Assembly (NCBI GenBank): GCA_943704425.1
Contig: CALSCP010001493.1
Coordinates: forward strand, 42,196 to 106,195
Reading direction: 5' to 3'
Length of the DNA stretch: 64,000 nt
Source: Ministeria vibrans ATCC 50519
Taxonomy: Eukaryota; Protista; Filasterea
This document shows positions 1-11,985 of the stretch, one piece after another (the first letter of the stretch is position 1; the number at the start of each line of letters is the position of its first letter). The notes under the pieces are model-generated. The model ran no database searches. It saw only the letters and a program-made list of their open reading frames with translations, and was not told the DNA's origin. The translations under genes and the position numbers were made by a program.

Positions 1-2
1 AG

Positions 3-491
3 CTGCGCGCCGCTCAGGAACACGTTGAGGCGCTTGAGCGTCAGATTGCGGTACTCGAAGCGAGTGTGGAGAGTCTTCAAGCCAATGCACACTCGGCGGT
101 GGCCGGTGCGCGCGCCGAGTGGGCCAGACTGCACGACGACTCAATGGATCGTTTGCGTAACGAGCATTCGCGCGAGCTTGCGGACTGTCAGGTGCGCCAC
201 AAGTCTGCGTTGGAGGCGGTACAGGCTCAAGTGAGCGCACGACTCGATGCCAACAGTACGCTTGCCGAGACAGTGATGCAGCTAGAGCAACGTTTGGAAG
301 AGGCACATGCGACACACCAGAGACGCGTGGAGGAGCTGCAGTGCCGTCTGGACGAAGCACAGGCGACACACCAGACACGCGTGGAAGAGCTGCAGTGTCG
401 TCTGGACGAAGCACAGGCGACACACCAGACACGCGTGGAAGAGCTGCAGTGTCGCTTGGACGAGGCACAAGCGACACACCAGACACGCGTT
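3..491 (+). CDS. Partial coiled-coil protein with 18-aa tandem repeats; runs off the window start and into the N-gap
   Basis: Frame open from base 3 to the gap; heptad-rich E/Q/L/R sequence; repeat EAQATHQTRVEELQCRLD. Confidence 0.7.
300..490 (+). repeat. 54-bp coding tandem repeat, about 3.5 copies, truncated by the gap
   Basis: CCAGACACGC recurs at 371, 425 and 479 (period 54). Confidence 0.95.
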
Positions 492-661
492 NNNNNNNNN
501 GACATTCAGAGGCGACCACGTCCGGCGATGTAGTGCGCCATCCCGTTGACAAAACGAAAAAAGAATAGGGGGTGTGACATCGCGCCACCCTCACACAGCA
601 CACATATGTGTCCACAAAAGCAGTCGCAACGTCGAGGGCGGAAAGCGTGTGCAATTGTTAC

Positions 662-921
662 CGGGAGAGAGTGCGCGCTTCGGTCAAAGCCGGATTCTCA
701 GTGGAGACGGAAGCGGCCGACTGTGCGCTAGCGGGCAAGGTCGCAGTGGAAGGCAGTGTCGTCACGTGTGTCGAAGCGGCGGCCGCAGCCGAAGCGGGCG
801 CGCCAGTGTCAGCAGCAGAGGATGCGGTCGTGGTCGTCGTCGACGCGCTCGCGACCGGCGTTGAATCAACGCTCTTGGTCGCACGCGCTGCCTCGTCGTT
901 GTTGGTCGTGGACGCCATCAT
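662..921 (-). CDS. Probable first exon of a hypothetical Ser/Thr/Ala-rich protein
   Basis: ATG at 921 after an AT-rich spacer; MMASTTNNDEAARATKS...; GTAAC donor at 661; downstream exons not traceable before the gap. Confidence 0.4.
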
Positions 922-1322
922 ACGTATGGGTGACAAACACGCAACAAAGTCAAGAAGAAAGGTTAAATTGAATTTTCAATTCTGAAAACTAAATAAGTTG
1001 AGAGGTGTTGCGAACAAGAGCTTGAATATCACCGTCTGGTAGGGACACTCGCTGACACCACTATTACTTACGCAGGTAAAAGGTCTTACGACTGTGGCCA
1101 CCGCACGGCACACACACACACACACACACATTCTCTCTCTCTTTCGTCTCTTGTTTTCCTCATTTCCAGACAGAATGAAATAATAAAATTTAATATATTT
1201 CTGTGTTGTGCTTTTTCTCTATTTATTTTTCTATTTATGTGTTTTTGAAAGTGTCTCAAAGGTCAAACCCCATCTCACTGTCTATCTCTGAAACAACATC
1301 CATTCATGAAAACTACAATCAA

Positions 1323-1856
1323 TCACTCCACTTTCTTGTCCATGTCCGTCTTTTGCTGCGCTCCATTCCTCGCCTCAAGAATGTTTCTCAACTGAATCCA
1401 TTCGATTCTTTTCAGCACTGCTTCGCATTCAGTCACAATAACGCGAGAGATCGTCTGATAGCCCTACAAAACCAAAAGGAAAAAGTAAATAAAAAAGATC
1501 AACTTTCTATTCTTTTGCAGTGTCTTGTTCGAACTGTTGAATTGAAATGTCTCCGGTCAAACATGGTGTTGTCGCGCGAATTCACTCGATGAAAACTCAC
1601 TGGTCCGCTCAATCGCTTTGACTCCTCCGAATCACTCGCACTTGATAATAATATGTAAGTAAAAATAAATAAAATTATTTTTCCTTTTTTTTGCGCATTT
1701 TACCGAAAGGTTCGGGCAAATGATCGCAATTTCCTGTTCTGTTCCTTGCCCAATTCTTCCCAGCGAGTTCCTTCATCGCGCTCACACATGAGAATGTCGC
1801 ACAAACACACTGATTTCCCTCGGGACAGCAGCTCTTTCTACGAGCAAGCAATCAGT

Positions 1857-1921
<65 letters not shown>

Positions 1922-2495
1922 GGGATGGGTTCGCTCTCTACCGCAATTGCCGCGATGTTGTCGACGGTGCGCTGCGACAGCACGTCAATGGGCTCGTCGG
2001 CCATCATGAGGGTGTCACGGAAGTCTTCGCCGCCCAGGAGCAGCACCACAAGGTCTGCGTCACCGACGGTTGTGCGACGATCGTGCGACATGGGAAATGT
2101 CTCATCAAAGTACGTTGCTGTTCCCAACGACGGAAGCCAGTCGCTGCTGATCGCGCCGGTCACCCCCCACGTGACCACGTGCCAGTTTAGCCGGAACAGC
2201 GGCGCCTTCTTGCCAATCTCCGTCTCGAGTGGCTTCACAAGACCTTAACGAGAAAGTCAAAAGTCGGCAATGGCTCACACGCGTTCGCCGTACCCGCTAC
2301 GTGTCCAAACACAACCCAGTCGCCACACCCTTCAGCTAGACCATCCCCAATCACCGCGATCTTCCGCTCTATCCCGCCCGTTGGCGCTACTTTCCGCTGT
2401 ACAATCCAATTGTTCAAACGAAGCCACCACAAGTGCAACTGAAAATATGTCAGTAAGATGAGCTTGAAGAAGGACGCCAGGAGTTCGTGAAACAT
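1323..2495 (-). CDS. SGNH/GDSL-fold protein (5 exons) with N-terminal hydrophobic segment; catalytic Ser replaced by Gly
   Basis: Spliced product has block I IAVIGDGLAEG, block II WGVTGAIS, block III LVVLLLGGED and block V MFDRRHFNST|GYQTIS; ends ...DKKVE* at 1323; GT-AG introns keep frame. Confidence 0.75.
1859..1921. repeat. (CT)n microsatellite, intronic
   Basis: Direct reading. Confidence 0.95.
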
Positions 2496-2646
2496 CTCGA
2501 ACGGCAAAAAAGAAGTTGAAACTTTAGACTTGACTCTTGAGTCAACGCTAAAGAGACGAAAATGAGTCGAAGAAGATTTGGAGTTCTATTCATCTCTTTC
2601 TCACTATTCAGTGTTCAGTGCTCAAACTGCTCATATTTTTCATCAC

Positions 2647-4293
2647 ATGTCTGACCGTCCCTACGATATCTGCGTGTTTGGCGCCAGTGGCTTCACGGGG
2701 TACGTCGAAATAGCCACATTTGCGGCAACTCATCCCGCATGCCAACATACCGTCCTCACACCCTACAACCGTAGCCAATTCGTGCTGGACGAGCTGTTGA
2801 ATAACGCCCCATCGTCTCTTCGCTGGTGTGCAAGCGGCCGCAGTCAACAGCGTGTCCAAGGTAAAGGCACCTCTCTTTTCCCGTGATTTGCGAGTGATTT
2901 GCCCAACTCGTGTCTTGCAGACGCTCTGGACGGCGCTGCTCAGCGCACCGGACGCCCTGTTGCCTCTGTGGACATTGTTGTTGCGGATGTGGCCGACAAC
3001 GACTCCATGGTGGCCATGTGTCGTCAGTGTCAACTTGTCATCAACTGTGTTGGTAAGTCGCGATGTAAACAACACAATGACATTATAATGTGTGCTCTGT
3101 TCGATGTTACAGGTCCTTATCGATTCCTTGGCGAACAGGTTGTCACCGCATGCATTGCTGGAGGGTCCGACTACGTCGACATCTCGGGCGAGCCACAGTT
3201 TCTCGAGTCGATGGAGCACAAGCACCACGACGCAGCCGTCGCCGCGAAGGTGTGCATTGTGGGCAGCGTCGGGTTCGACTCGATTCCCGCCGACATTGGC
3301 GCTCTTTGGTCTATTCGTCAGTTTGATGGCCAAGGTATAGAATAAGAGGTGCTATTCAAGCTGATATCCTGACCGCCATTCTTTCTTCCTTTATACAGTG
3401 AGTTCCATTGAGTCGTACCTGTCAGTCAAGAGCGACCCGAAAATCGGGTTTGTCGGACACTACACGACATACCAGTGCGCCGTGGAAGGTTTTGGTGACG
3501 CCAAGTCGCTCACTCGTCTGCGCAAGTCGCGCAAACAGGCGTCTCTGCCAGTGTTTGGTGCGCGCCAGAAGCGATACGGAATGCCGCGCTGGTTCAAGCC
3601 CATGGGCGCATATGCCCTGCCCTTCCCGGGCAGCGATGCCAGTGTCGTACGCATATATACAAAAATACATACATCTACGCTCGCACGCACACTCAAACTC
3701 GCTTGTCTTCAGGTGAAGCGCACTCAGCGTGTGCTCTACGACGCCAACCATGAGCCACCCGTGCAGTTCTCCGCATACTTTACCATTGCCTCGACCTTTG
3801 GCGTTGCTCTCTTTGTCCTCTTTGGTTCCATCTTCTCCTTCCTTGCCTCCTCCAAACTCGGCCGTTCCATTCTTCTCAGAGTGCGTCTCCCACACTCAAA
3901 CAGACTGGTTGATTTTTTAATGATATGCTTTACGTTGTTTAGTTTCCCGGTCTGTTCACTGCGGGTCTCTTCTCTCACGCGGGTCCCACCCGCGAGCAAA
4001 TGGACAAGACCTCCTTCTCCATCCGCTTCTTCTCGAGCGGGGCTCGTGACCCGTCTGTGCCCACTCAGGTGAGCCGTCTCGTCACCGAAGTGTCGGGTCC
4101 CGAGCCGGGCTATGTCGCCACGCCTATCTTTGCCGTGGTCAGTGCGCTGCAGCTGCTGCGCGACCGCAGTGCCGGCACCCTCCACCACGGCGTCCTCACG
4201 CCCGGCGGTGCCTTCCGCCACGCCCTTCCTCAGCTTGTGTCTGCCTTTGAGGCGCGTGGTGTCTCCTTCAAGGTTGTTCAAGAACAGCAATAA
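2647..4293 (+). CDS. SCCPDH: Saccharopine dehydrogenase-like oxidoreductase (multi-exon)
   Basis: YDICVFGASGFTG Rossmann motif; LVINCVG|PYRFLGEQVVTAC; DYVDISGEPQF; GFDSIPADIG; SGPEPGYVATP; GVLTPGGAF. Confidence 0.92.
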
Positions 4294-4434
4294 GCCCAGT
4301 TGACTCTTCCCCAATAAATGAATCACCTTGACTATCTATATTAAACTATCTCTGGAATATTCTCTAATTTCACACAATTTTAATATTATTTCTATTCATT
4401 TACATTACAGATCGGGTGTGATTTTGAGATAAGG

Positions 4435-4844
4435 ATGTCTATCAAGTCGAACGACTTGCTTGACGAACTTCGGGCCGAAGAGAATTTTCTTGAGTCACTG
4501 CGAGAGATGCTCGCAGACGAAGTACGCCGGATTGCGCACTCCTCTGCGCCTGACAGTGTCTCTGTGTGTCTCTCTGATCTTCTTGTTAGCTTGGACGCCT
4601 TGGAGTAGAAGAGAAGGCGCTGCTGGAGGCGGTGCGCAACAGCGAGGATCCACAGGGCGAGACGCTTACCAACGGAAGCCATACGTCGCTCATGAATGCG
4701 TTTGCACTCGTCGACGACACTGCCAGTGTTGGGAGCATCGAAAGCCTTAGCAAGATGATCGATGATGATGCGATCAGTGCGTTTGTCGGCAACCTCGACG
4801 ACGACGACGACGAGGAGGAGGACGACGACGACAACCCGCCGTAG
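4435..4844 (+). CDS. SNAPC5: snRNA-activating protein complex subunit 5 (SNAP19)-like; exons 4435-4521 and 4590-4844
   Basis: Spliced LDELRAEENFLESLREMLADE|LGRLGVEEKALLEAV matches the recalled SNAPC5 pattern LQELRKEEETLLRLKAALHDQLNRLKVEELAL; acidic C-terminal tail; about 113 aa. Confidence 0.75.
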
Positions 4845-4982
4845 CCCCATCAAGTGCGTTTGTCGACAACCTCGACGACGACGAGGACGACGACGACGAC
4901 GACAACCCGCCGTAGCCCCATCAAATCAAGTGCGTTCGTCGGCATCGTCAACGACGACAACGACGACAACCTAGCTCCATCA
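4773..4982 (+). repeat. Three degenerate ~76-bp tandem copies of the SNAPC5-like 3' end including the stop codon
   Basis: ATCA(A)GTGCGTT.GTCG...GACGACAAC...TAGC.CCATCA begins at 4773, 4849 and 4925. Confidence 0.85.
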
Positions 4983-5339
4983 CATGTCGCCCCAAGACCA
5001 CCGGCACGTGTCCATCGGCGCACGATCACCTTGCTTGTCCGTGTTTGTTCCTGTTTTGATACACGGCCGAATGGCGACGTTCGTGCGGTGTCGAGGCCGC
5101 ACGTTGCGTTGTATGTACTTACTACTCACGCACATACAATTTGTCTGTCACCCTCATTAATCTCAGTGAGCCACAATACCCATATAGAGTTCTAGACGAT
5201 TACATATGTCACACTGATGTCCAACGCGCTGGATGGTTGATCAGTAGTGTCGTGCTTTCGATTCGACTCGTACCTCATTCAGAGACTTCAAAGATCAAAA
5301 GTCAAAGATCAAAAGTCAAATTTATAATCTGTTCTAACG

Positions 5340-8300
5340 ATGCGCCTCGCCATTCTCACGCTCATATTACTGTGCGCATCAACCTCCACCGCTCGCGAAT
5401 ACTTTTGCGGCGTCGATGGGTGCATTTGCGACGGCACGCTGGCCCTCTGTGCGAAACTGAGACTCGAGCGCGTGCCTCAAGACTTGCCGAAGAACATCAC
5501 CTTCCTGGACCTCTCAGACAATGCCTTGACGGACTTGCCGGCCCAGGTGTTTGCCAACTACCCGTCTCTTGTGATCCTGTACCTGCAGCAGAACGCTCTG
5601 ACCGCCGTGGCGCAGGGCACATTCGCAAATGTGGAGCATCTCGTTGAGATTGACATGTCCTCCAACCGAATCGCAAGTGTTGCCAACGGCGCGTTCACTC
5701 CCGTCTCCGCCTCCCTCGAAGTGCTCAACCTCACGTCGAACGCCCTCGTCTCCATCAACGACACCCTCGCACCCCTGCTCGCCCTCAAGGTGCTCGCGCT
5801 GGCCGACCTGCCTCAGCTGACGCACTGGCCCAACGCCCTTCCCCCCAACCTCCACACTCTCCAGATGTTCAACGACGTCGCCCTGAGCGCATGGCCACCC
5901 TTAGGACGGCTTCCTGCCTCCCTGCGCTACCTCGATGTCACAGCATGCCCACTTGGAAATTTACCCGACTACCTATGCGACACGTTGTCTGCGCTTCAGA
6001 CCCTCAACATCACGTCCACCTCCATCACGCAACTCGCGCCAATGACCTTCGCCGCCTGCACCAATCTCACCACCCTCAATGCAGGCGTCAACAAGATCCC
6101 CATTGTGCCTCCACTCTTCGCCCCTAACGCCCCCCTTGTCGACCTCTTCCTCGCCGACACCACCACCACCTCCATTGACGCCTCCACCTTCACACCCCTC
6201 ACCAAACTTCGGCGCCTCTATCTCGGCGGCAATTACCTCTCGGCACTTGATCCCTCTCTCTTTGCCACCCTCACAGAACTCGTCGAGCTTGACCTCAGCG
6301 GCAACGACATTGCTGAGTTCCACCCAGACATTTTTGCGTCCCAGAGCGACTCCCTCAAGGCACTCGATCTCGCCTACAACGACCTCCTCAAGCTCCCTGC
6401 TTCACTCAAGACGCTTCGTTCTCTCTTCAACCTCAACATCACAGGATCTAACCTCAATGCACTCGATGCAGACACCTTCACACAAATGACCAATTTGACG
6501 ATCCTTGGCATGAATGTCAACTTCCTTACCGAGCTCGCACCCACCATCTTTGCCACAAACACTCGTCTTCAGCAGCTCTTTATGAGTGCATCCACCCTCT
6601 TGTCACTGCCACCCACCCTCTTTGAGCACAACCACAACATCACTGTCCTCGACCTGTCCGATCTCTATTTCATGCAGTCCTTTCCCGACTCTCTCTTTCT
6701 GCCCCTTGCCTCCTCCCTCCGCGGCATCCAACTCTCCAGCACCAACCTCTACCAAATCCCTTCGTCCCTCAGCGCTTGTTGCAATCTTTTTCTTATCGGT
6801 GCCTCCAACACGTCCATCTCGTCGATCTCTCCGCACTTCTTTGATTGCATGACCGTCCTCGACAACCTTGACCTCAGCCAAAATCCCAACATTGCGCTCC
6901 CCACACAGCTCCTTGTGCCCCTTGTCTCGCTCACCACCCTCTCTCTTGGCAACTGCCTCCTTACCTCCCTGCCCCTTCTCCCGCCCTCCATCCTCTTTCT
7001 CTCCCTCCAGGGCAATGCCTTCAACGCCCCTTTCCCTTCCACCTTGTTCCCCCTCACCCAACTCGCCTCCCTCGATCTCTCCATCTCCGCTATCACCTCT
7101 GTCTCCGCCTCCGACATGACCCACTTTCCCAAACTATTTTCCCTTATTCTCTCAGACAATCCTTTAGGGTCCATCGGAAATGACACATTTGCCAGTAAAG
7201 ACAAACAAAAAACAAAACAAAAAATTGGAATTCACCCCCTCCCCCCCTTTTTTTCCCCCGCATTTTCATATTTTATCCTTAGGCACTCCTCTTATTTCGT
7301 TGTCGCTTGCACGCTGCTCGCTCACCTTCGTCGGTACCAACGCCTTCCCGCCAACCCTGTACAATCTCGACCTATCCATGAACCTTCTTACTACGCTTCC
7401 TCCCGACATCTTCACCCACTGCGCTCACCTGAGTGACCTGAACCTCGGCCAGAATCACCTGAGCGTCCTCTCACCCACCACTTTCTCCAGCCTCGACAAG
7501 CTCGTCTTTCTCTCTCTCCAGCTCAACCGTCTTCCCGTCCTCCCATCCTCCCTCTTTGCTTCTCTCGTCAGCCTCATCGAGCTCGACCTCAACGGCGCCG
7601 GTCCCCTCGTCACGGTGCCCGCCACTCTCTTTGCCAACAACTCCAATTTGCAGACACTCTCGCTCAGCAACATGACTATCGAAGTATGGCAAAAAAGAAA
7701 AAGAGTGTGAAAAGATATCAAATATGTCACTGGGTACTGAGACACTCCCTCTTCTCTAACATAGCACTTGCCCTGCGGCCTCTTGAAGAACCAGAACCAG
7801 CTGACTCTCTTTCGCATTGAAGTGAACAATCTCCAGAACATCAGTGAGTGTTGGACGAGCGATCTGAAGTACATTGACACGCTTTCGCTGGCGGGAAACT
7901 CATTGCGTACCATTGGGAGCGTTCTCATGGGCCTTACCAATCTGAAGCTGCTCAATGTGGGCTCAAACAGACTCACTGTGTTTCCCACTGGTCTCCCACC
8001 CAATCTGATTTATGTATCGTTCAACAACAATGATCTGTCGAGCATCAACTTTAACACGCTGAGTCCTCTCACACAACTTGCGACTCTCGATCTGTCCAAC
8101 AATCTGTTCCTCACGGAAGTCATTCAACCTGTAGTGCTCTACTTTAACTACATTGACGAGATCAACTTGGCCAACAACCATCTCACGGGCTTTCTCCAAC
8201 TGCCCTCGCACACTTCACTCAATCTCGCCAACAACTTTCTTTCGTACACCACACCCGTCAGTGCGGTGATCAGTCCCCTTGAACTTGGCCAAATCATCCT

Positions 8301-8767
8301 TGTCAACAACTCCTTTCCCTCCTTTACCTGTCCCCCCGGCAGCTACGGCGACCCTCCGTCCTGCTTCGGCTACTGCGACACCTTCTGCGAGTCCATCGTC
8401 ACCCTCGACAATGGTGGCACCGAGGTCGTCAGCTCTTGTTCAGGTCCATCCCCGCGCGACTGCTGTCCCTTTGGCTACTCTGGCTCCTCTTGCCAATACC
8501 TCTACGTGTAAGTGACGAAGGACACCCACATAGTGCACCAAAATTGAAACGCAACCTTGTTGTCTTTAGTTGCTCTGCGTCGGACTGTTGCTCGCCCGGA
8601 ACCTGTCAGATTGAAAACACTTTCTCGCCGCTTGTGGTCTCGTGTGTGTGTCCTGCAGGGATGCACAGCTACCGTCCTACCAACACCGACGTGTTGGCAC
8701 GCACGAACATTCCCGGTTGCTTTGCAACGGTATGCACTTGAAATTTTCAACGTACACCTCTTACTCC

Positions 8768-8819
<52 letters not shown>

Positions 8820-10387
8820 CATAGTGCCCCTTTCGCACATACCAAGCTGGCATTCAGTGCATTGACTGCGACTCGGCGTGTCTCCACGGTTGTACCGGTC
8901 CGTCGACGAGCGACTGTCGCAATCCGGCGCTGCTGGATGCCGTCATTGGTGGTGTCAGTGGTGCTGTCCTGCTGCTCATTATCATTGCGGTGGGCACGTA
9001 CCACTATCGGCGGTCGCGTCGCCGCGCACGCATAGCACAGCGCAAGTACGTTGAGCTGCATGACAATGTCGAGCGCTACTGGCTTGTGCCACACGCCGAC
9101 CTGCAGTTTGAGAAGAAGCTGGCCCACGGAGCGTTTGGGGAGGTCTGGCGCGCCGACTGGGACGGACGCACTGTTGCCGTCAAGAAGCTCCGCCTGGTAT
9201 GGTTTGATAATTATGTCGTTGTTGTTGTTGTTGTTACTGTTGCCTATTAACTTTTGGTTGTAGGCGGTCGTCGAGGGTGATCCATCTGCTTATTCGGACT
9301 TTGAGAAGGAAATTTCTTTCTACAAACAACATTTACGACATCGCAACCTTTGTTCTTTCTTTGGCGCAGGAGTCGATCCGAAAGACAGAGTAAAAAGAAA
9401 AACACATGATATTTTCTTCTTCCCTTCTTCTCCCGTTCTCTACCACTCTGTCTTCCTCCTTCTTTCTCTCGCTGACTCTCTCACTTTGATTCTTTCTCCC
9501 TCTCTCCTCTTCCTTTCTCTTTTCTCTCTGTCACTTTGTGTACGTTCTCTTAGGCACCTTTTCTTGTGTTGGAGTACATGGAGCGCGGTTCGCTGCGCTC
9601 CCTTCTCGACGACGATGAGGTACTTTTGCCGTGGGACGTGCGTCTGTCGCTGGCGACCGATGTGGCACGTGGCATGCGCTATCTCCATGAGCAGACACCC
9701 CCCATTCTCCATCGCGATCTCAAGGCCTCCAATGTCTTTGTGTCATTTCGATGGATTGCCAAAATTGGCGATTTGGGCGAGAGTCGTCTGTACAAGATTC
9801 TGCAAGGCAAGTCGTCGTCAGGTCTGATTGACGACGATGACGACGCCGAGTTTGAAGAAGACGCTGAGTTTGGCTATGGCCGTGCACCCACAACTTCCTC
9901 TCCCTCAACGACACACACAGGGACCCTGGGAGATCAGCGCACAGAGGAGGAGCAGCGTGCAACTACTCTGACAGCACCACTGCTTCCACCACAGTCGACC
10001 ATCGATGCCACTGCGACACTTATTCCCGTCACCAAGCAGCATCCTCATCACCTCCGTCGTGCCGCGCCCCTAACCAACCGGCGCGGCACACTCGGCTGGC
10101 AAGCGCCCGAGGTCTGTCGCTTGGCGCCCTACGGTCTGCCTTCGGACGTGTTCAGCTACGCCATTGTTCTGTGGGAGATTGCCTCGCGTGCCTTGCCTTA
10201 CGCCGACATCAGCGAGAGCGAGGGATGGCGTATTAGCGAAGAGACAGTCCAGGGCGTCCGCCCGCCCATTCCCGACGGCTGTCCGCCCGTTTTTGCCCGT
10301 CTCGTTGTCGCCTGCTGGCATCCCGACCCTGTCCAGAGGCCCCTCTTCCCGGACGTCCTCTCCTCCCTTGAGCAAATCGACCAGTGA
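5340..10387 (+). CDS. Receptor kinase: signal peptide, LRRNT, many LRRs, Cys-rich (EGF/furin-like) region, TM helix and TKL-group kinase
   Basis: MRLAILTLILLCA; CGVDGCIC...VPQDLP cap; LxxLxLxxN repeats; CIDCDSACLHGCTGPSTSDC; TM AVIGGVSGAVLLLIIIAVG; LAHGAFGEVW, VAVKK, HRDLKASN, DLG, GTLGWQAPE, SDVFSYA. Confidence 0.92.
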
Positions 10388-10634
10388 GGTAATAGGGAGA
10401 GAGAGCGTGTGACTGGGGGAATGTGCCTTTTTTTGGTATATGCAAATTATTAGTATAATTATATTGGTCCTTTATTATTCATACGGTTACACATAGAAAG
10501 AAGATTAAAAAAAAGAAATAAGGTCGGTTAAATAGAAGATGGGAGCAAAAAGCACACAAAAAAAATATCGATTAAATGAGAAGGAGGTGCAGCAGCACAC
10601 AGACGCGCTCGAAAAAGACATACAGACATAAGTG

Positions 10635-10804
10635 TCACCGATCGACTCTCCATTGGAACCCAAGAGAGTCCAAGAGACGGAAACGGTCCGGTGGAAGAGA
10701 CTGGCGACGGTGGCGCACATTGGAGGCCCATTTGGCCAACTGAAAGGGGAGGGAATGAGTTGAAAGATGAGTACAAAGAGAGATTATATATAATATATAT
10801 ATAT

Positions 10805-10896
<92 letters not shown>

Positions 10897-11801
10897 AGTG
10901 ATGAAGAGACAAACAAAGTGATAGAGAGAAAGAAGGGAGGAAAAGTGAAAGGTCCGTTGTGTACCTGAGGGTTTGGGGGCCAACCGCGGGGAACGTTGCA
11001 GTGGCCATGGTGTGCCTTAAACTGGACGAGCTGCTCAAAGCGAGTGTCCCATGGTACGCGCGGTCTGCTCTGTGTCCACTTGAAGCCGAGACTGTTGAGG
11101 CGCGCAACGCGCTCGCGCGACTGTTGGCCCTGCGCATACCAGTCGCGTTGTTGGCGCACCCATTTGCCCAGTTCGGGGTTCGCTGCGTACTCGAAGGGCA
11201 CGTCGCAATGACCAAAAAGGCCGTAGAAGCCGCACAGTTCGACCATCATGCGATCCCAGTTGGGGTCGACATCGTAGGGAAAGCAGAGTTTCTGGAAGCG
11301 AGCGGCGCGCGACTGGGTGAGTTGACCCGACAACATGAGTCGCCGTTGCTCGATAAACCACGCCGAAGTGACGGGGCTCTTCTCCATGGCCATGCGCAAG
11401 TTGGAGATGTCGCCACAGTGGCGGTGGCACTCCTCGAGGTCGGCAAGGTGCTGTTCCCACGATAGGTTAGCCGCAAGTTGCTGGCGCGCGCGCTTCCTGC
11501 CTTTGCCCTTGCCCTTGCCCTTGCCTCGGGCGGGCGTGCTGGCCTGGCAGACGGCGGCAAAGCGCGGGACGTCGGCAGTGATGACTGTCGGGCTCATCCG
11601 GGGCACGGAGGACGCCGACAAGGCCGGAGGTTCGCGCGTGGGAAATCCAATGGATTCCAACCACGCCAGACGAGTGGCGCTGAGAGCGCCTGCGCGCCGC
11701 GCGTCGTGCATGTCGCGCACAAAGCAGGCAAGTGCAAGCGTGGGCATGGCCATGGGCACGTCCAGGTTGCCCGTTTGCTCCTGGTAGCGTCGCAACATTC
11801 G
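10635..11801 (-). CDS. Helicase-associated (HA) domain repeat protein; 5' end lost at poly(A)/gap
   Basis: About 4 repeats of W....L..F....GHC.VP......L..W....R.......L...R...L..LGF.W; one (AG)n-containing intron. Confidence 0.85.
10807..10890. repeat. (AG)n microsatellite, intronic
   Basis: Direct reading. Confidence 0.95.
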
Positions 11802-11841
11802 CTTCAAAAAAAAAAAAAAAAAAAGAAAAAANNNNNNNNNN

Positions 11842-11951
<110 letters not shown>

Positions 11952-11985
11952 CTCTACACTCGATCTCATTCATTTCCTCTTGTAG

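Noticed and set aside
300-490. Regular repeats as a possible CRISPR array (also 16795-16980)
   Set aside because: Contiguous in-frame coding repeats with no unique spacers, in a eukaryotic context
1000-1110. Moderately GC-rich intergenic stretch, possible small RNA
   Set aside because: No recognisable boxes or convincing stems
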